64,000 bases of DNA from an uncultured Thermoplasmata archaeon. Lineage in GTDB: Archaea > Thermoplasmatota > Thermoplasmata > UBA10834. Location of the stretch: positions 384,001 to 448,000 of the forward strand of contig CAVRDX010000001.1 in assembly GCA_963719945.1 (NCBI GenBank), written 5' to 3'. The notes beneath the pieces are model-generated. The model ran no database searches. It worked only from the letters and a program-made list of their open reading frames with translations, and was not told where the DNA came from. A program made the translations under genes and the position numbers. Position 1 is the first letter of the stretch, and every line of letters starts with the position of its first letter. Shown here one piece after another: positions 19,213-29,889 of the stretch.

Positions 19213-20537
19213 GGGGTCAACCTCAGCCTGTCTCTCGGATATAGAACGGTCTCTCTTATGTTGGGCAGGTTCAGCATCTTCTGAACGAATCGTTCAACGC
19301 CAAAGCCGAAGCCACCATGCGGGGGCATGCCGTATCTGAAGGCTTTCAAGTAGAATTCGAACGAGTCTAGGTTCAGGTTGTTCTCGCGCATCTGCTCCGT
19401 GAGGACATCATATCTGTGCTCCCTCTGCCCGCCGGAGACTATCTCCTGTCCTCTGTAATCCAGATCGAAGTACCCCGTCAGCTCCGGGTTGAGATCGTTC
19501 CGTTTGGCGTAGAAAGTGCTTCTCTTAAGGGATGTAGGGAACTCTGTGATGAAATAAAGTTCAATCCCTCTGTCCTTCATCATGATGTCTCCCAGGAGCT
19601 TTTCCCCCTCGGTTCCTAGGTCCTCCCCGTGCTCTATCTTCAGTCCATTCGAGGTGACCATTTCGATGGCTTCGTTGTATGTCACCTTTGGGAATGGGAT
19701 CGTTGGGTCCTTTACATCAATCTCGAGTATTTCCAGCTCCTTCTTGCATTTCTCGCGCACGTGCTTCAGGCTGCTGACAACGATGCCCTCAGCGACGTCC
19801 ATGACATCATCAGACGATTTGATGAATGCAAGCTCAACATCCAGCGAGGTGAATTCCGCTATGTGTCTTATAGTATCGGAAGCCTCCGCTCTGAACGCTG
19901 GAGCTATCTCGAATATCTTGTCGAGGCCTGACGCCATTAGGTTCTGCTTGTATAGCTGTGGGCTCTGGGCAAGGTATGCGTTCTTGTCGAAGTACTTGAT
20001 CGGGAATAATGTGGCACCGCCCTCCGCTCCTGCAGCCACAATCTTGGGTGTACTGACCTCGGTGAAACTCTGCGACGTGAGGTAGCTCCTTATGCCCTCC
20101 AACGTCCTCGCCTTTATCTTGAATATCGCCCGGATCTCCTCCTTCCTGAGATCCAGGAATCTGTTGTTCAGTCTAGTGTCCAGGTCTGCGCCGACCTTGT
20201 CCACGACCCCGAGCGGAAGAGGGGTCTCAGCAGCATTGACAACGGTAACGTTGTCCGGAAGTATCTCGTAACCCGCCTTCGCCTCCTTGCTCTCCTTCAC
20301 GATTCCGGTGACGATCACAACGGATTCACGCGGGATCGAGGCGACCTGCTCGAAAATCTCTTTGTTCCTCTTCTTGAGCATGGTCACTTGGATCACGCCG
20401 TATGCGTCCCTGAGCTGGAGGAATGATATGCCTCCGAGGTTCCTCAGGTCCTGGACCCATCCACCGACGGTCACCTGCTGGCCATAGTGTTCAGAAGATA
20501 TCTCTCTTGAATATGTTATGTGCTGCCATGAGGGCAA
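19209..20537 (-). CDS. aspS: Aspartyl-tRNA synthetase (archaeal type)
   Basis: OB fold (GWVQDLRNLGG, FLQLRD), EGGA, LAQSPQLYKQ, FRAE, SGGQR, GMPPHGGFGFGVER. Confidence 0.96.
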   Translation of the reverse strand: MPSWQHITYSREISSEHYGQQVTVGGWVQDLRNLGGISFLQLRDAYGVIQVTMLKKRNKEIFEQVASIPRESVVIVTGIVKESKEAKAGYEILPDNVTVVNAAETPLPLGVVDKVGADLDTRLNNRFLDLRKEEIRAIFKIKARTLEGIRSYLTSQSFTEVSTPKIVAAGAEGGATLFPIKYFDKNAYLAQSPQLYKQNLMASGLDKIFEIAPAFRAEASDTIRHIAEFTSLDVELAFIKSSDDVMDVAEGIVVSSLKHVREKCKKELEILEIDVKDPTIPFPKVTYNEAIEMVTSNGLKIEHGEDLGTEGEKLLGDIMMKDRGIELYFITEFPTSLKRSTFYAKRNDLNPELTGYFDLDYRGQEIVSGGQREHRYDVLTEQMRENNLNLDSFEFYLKAFRYGMPPHGGFGFGVERFVQKMLNLPNIRETVLYPRDRLRLTP

Positions 20538-20571
20538 TTGGATGCACCTTCTTCGCGTAACCGGGTCGGAC

Positions 20572-21498
20572 CTATTTACTACTTCCGTGAACCGTCTTTT
20601 GGCTTCTCTCCGCGATGATTATTCCTATCACGATGACAAACCCGCATAATGCGGTCCACATTGCAACACTCTCTCCCCTGATGATCCATGCGAAAACTGA
20701 TGCGAATACTGGCATGAGGTAGATGAAGAACGCCATCTTCGACACCTCCTCATGTTCCAAGGATCGGAGATACAGCAATGATGAGAGTCCCGCGCAGAAT
20801 ATCCCTAGGACCAAGAGGTTGCTTGTGGAGGATAGGGTGAATTCAGCCACGGGTGTCTGCTCGAAGGGCACTGCTACCGCGAGCATGACCGTTCCGAAGA
20901 CAAGAGCGAGTCCGATGATCAGGTCCGGTGGACTGCTGTTCATCATCTTCTTAGCGGAGACCCATGCGAGACCGTATGATGTAGCGGAGATGAATATGAG
21001 CAAGTTGCTCACGAAGCTCTCGTCCTCCAGGGATATGTTGCCATGGGCCACGAGAAGAATGGTTCCCGCCATGGCCACCACGCTGCCCATCGCCTTCATC
21101 GATGTCATCCGTTCCCTCAGCAGGAGGACCGCGAACAACAAGGTCATGACTGGTCCAGAGGACTGTATGACCGAAGCGACGGACGAAGTGCCGTGCATGA
21201 GCCCCATGTTCTGCGTGATGTTGGGGATAGTCACATAAAGCGCTCCCATGAGCACCAGGGACCAGCGCTCCTTCATGATGGTGGCCCGTATCTCCGATAG
21301 GCTGTATGTGAGGAGAATGAAGACACCGAAGATTGTGGAAGCGATCCCGAACCTTAGGAACCCGAGCATTATCGGTGAGAAGCTGGTGAGTGCATCTTGT
21401 GTAAGTGGAAACGCGAGTCCCCACAGCGCGACGGCAGAAATCGCAGAGCCAGATATGATCCACTGCTTCGGCTTGGGTGACGCCATTACTCCTGGCAT
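20572..21498 (-). CDS. EamA/DMT family transporter
   Basis: About 10 transmembrane segments, WG near the N-terminus, duplicated EamA halves (LRER and IRGE). Confidence 0.88.
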   Translation of the reverse strand: MPGVMASPKPKQWIISGSAISAVALWGLAFPLTQDALTSFSPIMLGFLRFGIASTIFGVFILLTYSLSEIRATIMKERWSLVLMGALYVTIPNITQNMGLMHGTSSVASVIQSSGPVMTLLFAVLLLRERMTSMKAMGSVVAMAGTILLVAHGNISLEDESFVSNLLIFISATSYGLAWVSAKKMMNSSPPDLIIGLALVFGTVMLAVAVPFEQTPVAEFTLSSTSNLLVLGIFCAGLSSLLYLRSLEHEEVSKMAFFIYLMPVFASVFAWIIRGESVAMWTALCGFVIVIGIIIAERSQKTVHGSSK

Positions 21499-21586
21499 GG
21501 CGAACCCCCATTTTAGACTATTGATTCATCAGATGCCTTCATGGCTCATATTCCTAAAACGAGCATTAGGTAGGGGTCGTGCTGCA

Positions 21587-22999
21587 TCAGCTGGTTCCAG
21601 AGTTCTTGGCCGGCTTCTTATCGATCAGCTCCAGCCGCTTCCCCTCGTCGTAGAGACATCTGACGGCCTTCGCTGCTCGCATGGCTGATGGGTACACGGG
21701 TATGTTCTTGACACGCAGGTCCTGGACCACCTCGTTGATCTCGGGTCCACCCACCCAGCATGCGATGATTGGCTTCTTCAGATTCCTCTTCTCCTCGACC
21801 AGTTTGATGACCGCGCCGACGTACTCCCTCGGCCTCGCTATCCCTGCATGGACGCAGGTCATGATGAGCGCATCCACATTCGGGTCGTTCAGCATTATTG
21901 CGCCTGTTGCATGATATCTGTGGAACCTCGCGTCTCCAGTAACGTCCACAGGGTTCCTCGCGGTGGATATTGATGGCAGGTGTGGTCTAAGGGCTTCAGC
22001 GGTCTTCTTTGAGATGTTGGGTACCCTGAGCCCGAGAGACTCGCACCAATCAGCTATCATTATGCCCGCCCCTCCGCCGTTGGATATGATGCCGACTCGG
22101 TTCCCATGTATCGCGGGTTGGTATGCCAACGCCCTCGCCAAATCGAAGAGTTCGTCGACGTCGTATGCTCTTTGGATATGTACTTGTCTGAATGCGGAAT
22201 CGTAAACAGCATCTGACCCACTCAATGCGCCAGTGTGTGTCGATGCCGCCGCGGAGCCTGCGACGGTTCTCCCGGCTTTTATCGCCACTATCGGCTTGCT
22301 GCACCTTCTGGCTGCATCCAGGAACTTCTTGCCGTCCTTGATACCCTCTATGTACATCGCGATGACTTTCGTCTCTTTGTCTGCGTCCAGATAGTCTATC
22401 AGGTCCGCATCATCGATATCGGCCTTGTTGCCGACGCTGATCACTCTAGATAGGCCGATGTGCTCGCCGTTAGCGTAATAGATCATGCCGACGCAAAGCG
22501 CTCCGCTCTGACTTATGAGTGCGATCTCGCCCTTCTGGGGCATGCCGAAAACGAACGCGGCATCGAGGTTGTCTATCGGGTCCTTGTATCCGAGCGTGTT
22601 TGGTCCGACGAGCCTTATGCCTCCCTTGCGGGCGATATCCAGTATCTCTGCTTCCAGCTGCTTTCCCCGCTCGCCGGTCTCTCCGAACCCTGAGGATATG
22701 ACGACCACGCCCTTGACTTTCTTCCTGGCGCACTCCATCATGACCTTGGGCACGAACTCCGCAGGGACGGCCACTATCACGAGGTCTATGTCTTCCTTGA
22801 CTGCGAGGACGCTCGGCTGCGTCTTCAGTCCCATTATCTCGGGGGTCTCAGGGTTGATCGGATAGACCTTTCCCCGGTAGCCATGAACTAGGATGTTCTG
22901 CAGAATCTCATAACCGATCTTCATAGGGCTTCTCGAGGCACCTACGACTGCGATCGACTTTGGCGAGAAGATAGGTCTCAGGTCCTCAACGGTTCCCAT
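21587..22999 (-). CDS. acdA: ADP-forming acetyl/acyl-CoA synthetase alpha subunit
   Basis: AVVGASR, GPNTLG, SQSGA, GNKAD, phospho-His STHTGAL, NGGG, NPVD. Confidence 0.93.
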   Translation of the reverse strand: MGTVEDLRPIFSPKSIAVVGASRSPMKIGYEILQNILVHGYRGKVYPINPETPEIMGLKTQPSVLAVKEDIDLVIVAVPAEFVPKVMMECARKKVKGVVVISSGFGETGERGKQLEAEILDIARKGGIRLVGPNTLGYKDPIDNLDAAFVFGMPQKGEIALISQSGALCVGMIYYANGEHIGLSRVISVGNKADIDDADLIDYLDADKETKVIAMYIEGIKDGKKFLDAARRCSKPIVAIKAGRTVAGSAAASTHTGALSGSDAVYDSAFRQVHIQRAYDVDELFDLARALAYQPAIHGNRVGIISNGGGAGIMIADWCESLGLRVPNISKKTAEALRPHLPSISTARNPVDVTGDARFHRYHATGAIMLNDPNVDALIMTCVHAGIARPREYVGAVIKLVEEKRNLKKPIIACWVGGPEINEVVQDLRVKNIPVYPSAMRAAKAVRCLYDEGKRLELIDKKPAKNSGTS

Positions 23000-23119
23000 C
23001 AGTGACTCACTGTTGACGAATAGCGGACTATGTCAGTTTAAGCCTTTCTAATCGAATCCTACCATCGATGTGGTTGCATGATGATCGTCAGGGGACCCCG
23101 CTGGCACCGATGTTCAAGT

Positions 23120-25099
23120 CTAGTTCGCCTTGGGGAACTCTACTGAGAACACCGTGCCCTTGGCATGATCTCCTGAGACTCGGTCTTCCACTGCGACCCG
23201 CCCACCATAGGTCTCAGTCAGAGTCCGCACGATGGTCAGGCCTAGACCTAATCCTTTTAGTTGGCTGATGGTCGTGAGCCGCTCATATCTCTTGAAGAGG
23301 AACTCCTTCTTGTTCGGATGCACCCCTGTTCCCTCGTCGATCACGCACACTTTCCAAGACGGCGTCTTCTCATCCATGGCCGATTCCATGATCTTGACCG
23401 TCACGGGCTTACCATTCCCATACTTGACCGCGTTGGTGAGCAGGTTGATGAATATCTCATTGGCGAACTCCCCCGCTTCGATGATGAACGGTCCACCTGA
23501 GTAATCTCGTATGATCTTCACACCCATCCTGTCTGCCATAGTCTTCGTATCTGAGATGGTCGTATCCAGTATGTGAACAAGGTCTACTTTGACCATATTC
23601 TCTTTGCCCGTGGCCTTCGCCTTTGCGAGCTTGGCGATCCTATCGACAAGCAAATCCACCTTATTCATCTGTCCCAGGGCGGTCTTTGTCATCTCTCCTT
23701 TCTGTTCCTGAGACATCTTTTCATCGCCTATCAATTCCATGATACCCTTCGCAATGCTGGTGTGATTGCTGATGTCATGGACCAGGAGATCATTGTAGAG
23801 CTGCAGCATGGTTCTTATATCATCCAATTTCTCCTTGGCTTCCTCGAAATCAGTTATATCAAGCCCGATTTCAAGCCTCACCAGCCGCCCATCGGACCAT
23901 TCGATCGCCCTGTCGGATAGACGGTATTTGCGTCCCGTGTTGGTGTTCTGGAAATCCCATACATACGAACCGGTCGGGTTCCCGTCCTTCAGCAGGTACT
24001 TATTCGTGCAGAACGGGCATGGACCATCCATACCCGTCTGGATCACTTTGTAGCATATCTTCCCAACCAGATTATTTCCAAAAGCTTCTTTCATCGGCCT
24101 GTTCGTGGCAAGAATTTCGTAAGTATCCATGTCGGCGACGTATACGATCGCGCCGAGTTCGTTCAGTATCGTGAGTACTTCGTCATGTTCGCTCTTGAGA
24201 TACTCGGCTTTGCGGGAGAGCAGTCTTATCATGCGAGAATTATCATATGCGAGCCCTATCTGCGAGGTCACCGCTTCGAGCAATTTGATCTCGTGCGCGG
24301 ATATCTTCCTCTCGGAGTATGATCCTAGTATCAATGCCCCGAGGATTCTCCCCCGCGCCAGAATCGGTATGCCTATCGCGCACCTTATGGATGGGTTGTT
24401 CGGGACTAGATGTCGGTCGATGAATTCATCGAACTCGCCATGTCTCGTGACAGTCGCGATGTCACGAATGACCTTCGTGCCTATCTTGTCCAGAACCCTT
24501 CGAGCAAAATCATCGCTCCCAGGGATCTCGGCCTGGAATCCCTTGGCATCGATCATCATTACCGCACCGTGCGTGCACCCCAGCAGATTCTGGCATGTTT
24601 CGAGCAGCTTCATCAGCAATTCTCTTTCATCTACCGCTTCCTGAGCGGAGACGAGGCCGATCAGAGTGCCCGCCGAGAACTCTTTTCTCCTGGTATCCTC
24701 AAACGTCTCGCCAAAAGTAATAGTCACCCAGTTCATGACTTCGATGATCTTCTTGACGTCCCGATAGACTTCATCGGAAATATGCTCCTTGTTGGTCTCC
24801 AATACCGCGTCGACGACTATCTCTGTGGCCAGAGAAATGGACTTCATAACTTCGTTGAACCTGAACCCACCGGAACTCCTGGCAGGGGCAATACGCTGGC
24901 TGTACTCCATGAGCCCTGAGTAATCGCCTTCTGCGACCGCAAGATAGACACCATCGATCCAATCCTCAGCCGATTTCTGGAGTATTTCATCCGGCAGAAC
25001 CTGATATCTTGGAATCGATTCCCTGACTTCCTTTACCCAGCGGTCAAGCAAGTCTGCTTTTCTGGTCTTCAGTATACCTGAAAGACTGTTCTCAGGCAA
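23120..25099 (-). CDS. Cytoplasmic sensor histidine kinase (RsbRD_N-like helical domain, GAF, PAS, HATPase)
   Basis: H-box HDISNH, N-box NLLTNAVKY, DEGTG, GLGLGL. The PAS domain has GKICY...PCPFC. The TTG start follows a GGAGGG SD. Confidence 0.88.
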   Translation of the reverse strand: MPENSLSGILKTRKADLLDRWVKEVRESIPRYQVLPDEILQKSAEDWIDGVYLAVAEGDYSGLMEYSQRIAPARSSGGFRFNEVMKSISLATEIVVDAVLETNKEHISDEVYRDVKKIIEVMNWVTITFGETFEDTRRKEFSAGTLIGLVSAQEAVDERELLMKLLETCQNLLGCTHGAVMMIDAKGFQAEIPGSDDFARRVLDKIGTKVIRDIATVTRHGEFDEFIDRHLVPNNPSIRCAIGIPILARGRILGALILGSYSERKISAHEIKLLEAVTSQIGLAYDNSRMIRLLSRKAEYLKSEHDEVLTILNELGAIVYVADMDTYEILATNRPMKEAFGNNLVGKICYKVIQTGMDGPCPFCTNKYLLKDGNPTGSYVWDFQNTNTGRKYRLSDRAIEWSDGRLVRLEIGLDITDFEEAKEKLDDIRTMLQLYNDLLVHDISNHTSIAKGIMELIGDEKMSQEQKGEMTKTALGQMNKVDLLVDRIAKLAKAKATGKENMVKVDLVHILDTTISDTKTMADRMGVKIIRDYSGGPFIIEAGEFANEIFINLLTNAVKYGNGKPVTVKIMESAMDEKTPSWKVCVIDEGTGVHPNKKEFLFKRYERLTTISQLKGLGLGLTIVRTLTETYGGRVAVEDRVSGDHAKGTVFSVEFPKAN

Positions 25100-25362
25100 G
25101 AATGACTCCCTCCAGTTCGAAGTTCCTCGCGATTCCACCCCACAGGCAAAGAACCACTGTTTCGAATAATGCACTAATGGTCTTCTTGATATTTATCCAT
25201 GCCTTCGAAAACCAGACACTGACGCACTGCAATGTCATCTTACCAGATGTCGGGATGTATGCGAATCTTCTGTGTGATACTTGGAAACGGTTAATATATG
25301 TCTAGCTTCTTATCCGCTGAATCTGTGCTAAATAGCAGAATTTGTGTGCGGAGGAAGAAGAT

Positions 25363-26499
25363 ATGTCCGAGAAGATCACGGTTTCGCTTATCAAGGCCGA
25401 TGTTGGATCGATAGCTGGACACTCGAGACCCCACCCGAAGATGATGGAAGTCGCTTCGCTGGCGCTGGCCAAGGGCGTCAAGGACGGCCTTCTGTTGGAT
25501 TATTACGTCACAAGGTGCGGCGATGATATGGAACTCCTCATGACCCATAGGAACGGGGAGAACCACAAGGGCGTTCACGAAGTGGCCTGGAATGCGTTCA
25601 TGGACGCTGCCCAGGAGGCTAAGAAGATGCATCTGTATGCTGCCGGCCAGGACCTGCTGTCCGATGCGTTCTCTGGCAACGTTAGAGGCCAGGGTCCGGG
25701 AGCTGCAGAGATGGAGTTCGTCGAAAGGCCGACGGAGCCAATGCTCATATTCATGGCAGACAAATGCGGCCCAGCAGCGTACTCATTGCCAATTGCCAAG
25801 ATATTCATGGACCCGTTCACCACGACGGGATTGGTGATCGATCCGAGGGCACACATTGGATACGACATCGAGGTGGTCGATGTGATAGACCACAAGAAGG
25901 TCATCATGAGTTCTCCCGCTGAGCTGTACGATATCCTCGCCCTGATAGGAGACACAACCAGATACGCAGTGAAGCGCGTCCTCCACAGAGACATCGGCAT
26001 CGCTGCCGTCGTCTCGACTGAGAAGTTGAACATATCCGCTGGCAAGTATGTCGGCAAGGACGACCCGGTCCTGATGGTCCGATGCCAATCCGGGCTTCCC
26101 GCAGTCGGTGAGGCGCTGCAGCCATTCGCGTTCCCACAGCTGGTGTCCGGTTGGATGAGGGGATCACACTACGGTGCATGGTTCCCCTGCGCGGTAGACG
26201 AGTCGGACCCAACCTATCATGACGGTCCTCCGCGGGTATGCTCGCTCGGGATCCAGATATCCAACGGCAGGATACAGGGGGTAGAGCCACCGAACTCTCC
26301 TCCAGGCAACCATAAGCCTCTTGATTACTTCGCAGGCAAGGAGTGGGACCCGGTCCGTAACAAGGCCATGGAGATATCCATGTACATGCGTGGCCACGGT
26401 CCTTTCATGCCTGGAATCGTCTCCCCCGAGGAGCTCGAGTACACAACCCGGCCGGATGTGCTGAAGAAGATCGAGTCCAGGATGGAGCCTCTCGAATGA
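25363..26499 (+). CDS. fbp: Bifunctional fructose-1,6-bisphosphate aldolase/phosphatase (class V)
   Basis: IKADVG, GDD, AGQDLL, FSGN, YVGKDDP, GWMRGSH, LEYTT. Confidence 0.96.
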   Translation: MSEKITVSLIKADVGSIAGHSRPHPKMMEVASLALAKGVKDGLLLDYYVTRCGDDMELLMTHRNGENHKGVHEVAWNAFMDAAQEAKKMHLYAAGQDLLSDAFSGNVRGQGPGAAEMEFVERPTEPMLIFMADKCGPAAYSLPIAKIFMDPFTTTGLVIDPRAHIGYDIEVVDVIDHKKVIMSSPAELYDILALIGDTTRYAVKRVLHRDIGIAAVVSTEKLNISAGKYVGKDDPVLMVRCQSGLPAVGEALQPFAFPQLVSGWMRGSHYGAWFPCAVDESDPTYHDGPPRVCSLGIQISNGRIQGVEPPNSPPGNHKPLDYFAGKEWDPVRNKAMEISMYMRGHGPFMPGIVSPEELEYTTRPDVLKKIESRMEPLE

Positions 26500-26508
26500 G
26501 GTATCTGC

Positions 26509-27189
26509 GTGTCCTCTAGAAGACCTCTCATAGCCGTGAACTTCAAGACATACGTTGAGGCTAGTGGAGACGAGGCCGTATCGCTGGCAAAGATATGCGA
26601 TGACGTGGTCAATGAGACGGGCGCGTCGATAGTCGTCGCACCGCCCATGCCCGATATCTCGCGGATAGCATCTGTCGTGGACATCCCAGTCTTCGCCCAG
26701 CACGTGGACGATGTGAAGCCTGGAGGCACCACGGGATATGTGACTCTTGAGAATGTCAAAGCGTCGGGCGCTAAGGGCACATTGCTAAACCACTCAGAGC
26801 ACAGGATCAAGGTGGCCGAGATACATGACCTGATTGAGCGTGCCCACAAGCTCGGCCTTTCCACTATCGTTTGCACAAACAACATCGGCGTGAGCCGAGC
26901 GTGTGCGGCCATGGGTCCGAATTATGTCGCGATTGAGCCACCCGAATTGATAGGTGGTGACATCTCCGTCACGACGGCCAACCCGAAGATAGTGAGCGAC
27001 ACCGTGACGACCATCCGTGCCGTGAGCGACAAGGTATCTGTCCTCTGCGGTGCTGGTGTGAAGAACGGCGTGGATGTTCGAAAGGCGATAGAGCTGGGAG
27101 CCGAAGGCGTACTCCTCGCAAGCGGGGTCGTCAAGGCGAAGGATAAGCGCGCGGTCCTGCTCGATCTTGTGTCTGGCCTCGACGGATAG
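26509..27189 (+). CDS. tpiA: Triosephosphate isomerase (archaeal type)
   Basis: VNFKTY, NHSE, AIEPPELIG, CGAG, LLASG. Confidence 0.96.
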   Translation: MSSRRPLIAVNFKTYVEASGDEAVSLAKICDDVVNETGASIVVAPPMPDISRIASVVDIPVFAQHVDDVKPGGTTGYVTLENVKASGAKGTLLNHSEHRIKVAEIHDLIERAHKLGLSTIVCTNNIGVSRACAAMGPNYVAIEPPELIGGDISVTTANPKIVSDTVTTIRAVSDKVSVLCGAGVKNGVDVRKAIELGAEGVLLASGVVKAKDKRAVLLDLVSGLDG

Positions 27190-27244
27190 GAAGCATACCT
27201 GTAGTCATTCCTCATTATGCCTAGATGATCCCCTTTACTCTTCG

Positions 27245-29414
27245 ATGCGGAGGGACTTTCCAGTTGTGGCATCACTGGCCTTGCTACTGCTCCTTGTACC
27301 GGGAATGATTCTTCCGCATCCATCTCCTCCGAGCGCCGTGAGAGTGCATCCGTCGCTCTCCGTTGATGGTCCCATCGTGATCATTTCTGAATTCTATCCA
27401 TGCGGAGTCGATTACGATGAGTACATCGTGCTATGGAACGGTGGTTCGGACGAGGTCGTACTCACGGATTGGACCATCTCAGATGGCGAAGGCGTGTTGC
27501 TGTTCACAACGCCCATCCATATTCTCCCAGGCGATGAAGTCCACATATCCTCGAATGATGATTCATTCGTCGACGCATTTGGAGTCCCTCCTGAGGTTAC
27601 CGTGCAAGGATGGAATACGAACGAATCTGGTCACAGCCTCAGGTTCGTTCAGATTGGCAGACATCGGAGACTCCATTGTCCTCCAATCCCCAGATGGTCG
27701 AGTCGTCGATTCCGCGTGCTATGGAGATTCCGGTGTTCCGGATGGCTGGTTCGGGAGTCCGATGCCTGCCCTCAGACAAGGCGAGGTCGCAAAGCGAGTC
27801 CTGATGGACGGCATCCCTATCGATACTGATGTCTCTACCGATTGGATGCCTTTCAGGGAATACAGGTATGGCTATACCGAGCACACCGCAATCGTGGATG
27901 AGATCCCGGCTGGGGGAATAACGGCATTCGCCAGCCCTGATTGCTCCCTCGAAGTCGTCTTAGACGCGGTCCGGTCAGCATCGGCTTCTGTCCGTATATG
28001 CGCATATGAATTGTATTCGGTCCCATTCTGCGAGACTCTGGCCATCGTCAGCAGGTCTGGAGTGGATGTCTCGGTGCTGGTGGATATTGACCCTGCCGGG
28101 GGTATTTGCCAGATGGAGATCGACTGCCTTTCATTCCTCTCCAACTCTGGTTGCCTGGTCAATGGCATCCATGGCAACCTGGACGATGACATCGTGAGGC
28201 ATATGGGCCCGTTGCATCCAAAGTATATGGTGGTCGATGAGACCAGCATCTTGGTCATGTCCGAGAACTTCGTCCCTGATGGCATTCCTGAGGACCAAGT
28301 TCATGGGAATAGGGGATGGGGTGTCTGGGTCGAGAGCGAGAAGTTAGCTGGATTCCTAACCCATGTGTTCGATGAAGATGCTCGGCAATCCCGTGACGAT
28401 GTGATTGCTTGGACTAGCACCGAATGGTTCGATGTCGACGTAGGATCATTCGAGCAGTCCATGCCAATATACCTCTCAGGTGCCCTCCGACCACATCGTT
28501 CGACAGAGGCGTGCACCGTCCGGCTCCATGTCTCGCCGGATGCGTCGATTCAGAGCCCGTTCCTAACACCATTCCTCGAATCGTCCGGTAATATCATGTT
28601 CGAACAGTTCCAGTCGGATATCTACTGGAACACTAGATGGTCAAGCGAGGCGACCACGAACCCGCTTTTCACCTCCATAATCGATGCTTTGCGAAACGGC
28701 GGACAATCCAGAGGCATACTGGATTCGTCCTGGTTCAACCTGGATCGCAATAATGCTACGGTCTCCTATCTCTCTTCCATAGCTGTATCTGAGGGTCTGG
28801 ACGGTTCGTTCATTCTGATGGATGAACGAAGCCCCATCACAATCCTCCACAACAAAGGTCTCATCTTGGACGACCGAACGGTCGTGATCTCGAGCAACAA
28901 CTGGGTCTATTCGTCGTTCGCTCGGAACCGTGAGCTCGCCGCAATGGTGGATAGTGAAGAGCTGGCAGGCTATTTCACAGATGCCTTCCACATGGATTGG
29001 TTCCCTGATGATGTCCCTCCGATCGCCATCGCTGGTCAGGACATCAATGCCAGGGTGGGCGATGTTGTGCCATTGGATGCCGGCAAATCAAGTGATGACA
29101 GGGCGATTGCCCAGATATGGTGGGACTTCGATGGGGACGGATCGGCTGATTCGTACGGTCCGCGGATAGATTATGCCGTCACGGCTTCGGGGAAGCATCT
29201 TGTGACGGTCCATGTCGAGGATACATGGGGTAACGACGCAAGCGATACGCTGGTCCTGCTCGTTTCAGGATATGAGGACGGCCCTGCAATCCCTATCACG
29301 ACCGTCTACGCACGCCCTCCGACCTGGATACTGCCGCTCGCTCTGATACCTGTAATCTTGGTTCTCAGGCGACTGTCCGTTCGCAAACTTAATCTCGGAA
29401 AAGGCGGTTCATGA
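27245..29414 (+). pseudogene. Secreted lamin-tail + phospholipase D (2x HKD) + PKD protein with C-terminal anchor; +1 frameshift near 27620
   Basis: The signal peptide and LTD start (ISEFYP...EYIVLWN) are in one frame. The LTD end, LHPKYMVVD, LHNKGLILD, the PKD domain (WDFDGDG) and the TM helix are in the +1 frame. An ACGA tandem duplication lies at 27617-27624. Confidence 0.8.
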
Positions 29415-29430
29415 GATTTGACGATTACAA

Positions 29431-29874
29431 ATGCTCGTTGTCAGAAACTTCTCACCCACGGATATCCCTGTCATCACCAAGGTCGTGAAGGATTCATTGG
29501 GGGAGACATACCCATCCTCTCTCTATCTGACCATACACAACCTCTGGCCCGAAGGCTTCCAGGTAGCCCTTAGTGATGGCAGAATCGTCGCATTCGTCGC
29601 GGCAGTGGTGTCGAGTCCTAAAGTGGCCCGAGTCTTGATGCTAGCGGTGAGACCAGAATGCCGCGGACAATTCATCGGGTCGACCCTGATGGATGAGCTC
29701 TATCGCCAATGTATCGGAAAGGGATTGGATTCCATAGTGCTCGAAGTCAGGATGAGCAATACCCGTGCAAGGGCCTTCTACGAGAAGCTCGGCTTCAAGG
29801 TATTCGACGAAATCAAAAAGTTCTACACGAACGGGGAGGCCGCCTTCAAGATGATGAAGGTGCTCCAGAGCTGA
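29431..29874 (+). CDS. GNAT N-acetyltransferase, RimI/Ard1-like
   Basis: LAVRPECRGQFIG, LEVRMSN, FYEKLGF, FYTNGEAA. Confidence 0.9.
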   Translation: MLVVRNFSPTDIPVITKVVKDSLGETYPSSLYLTIHNLWPEGFQVALSDGRIVAFVAAVVSSPKVARVLMLAVRPECRGQFIGSTLMDELYRQCIGKGLDSIVLEVRMSNTRARAFYEKLGFKVFDEIKKFYTNGEAAFKMMKVLQS

Positions 29875-29889
29875 TCATTGGATTGCTTT

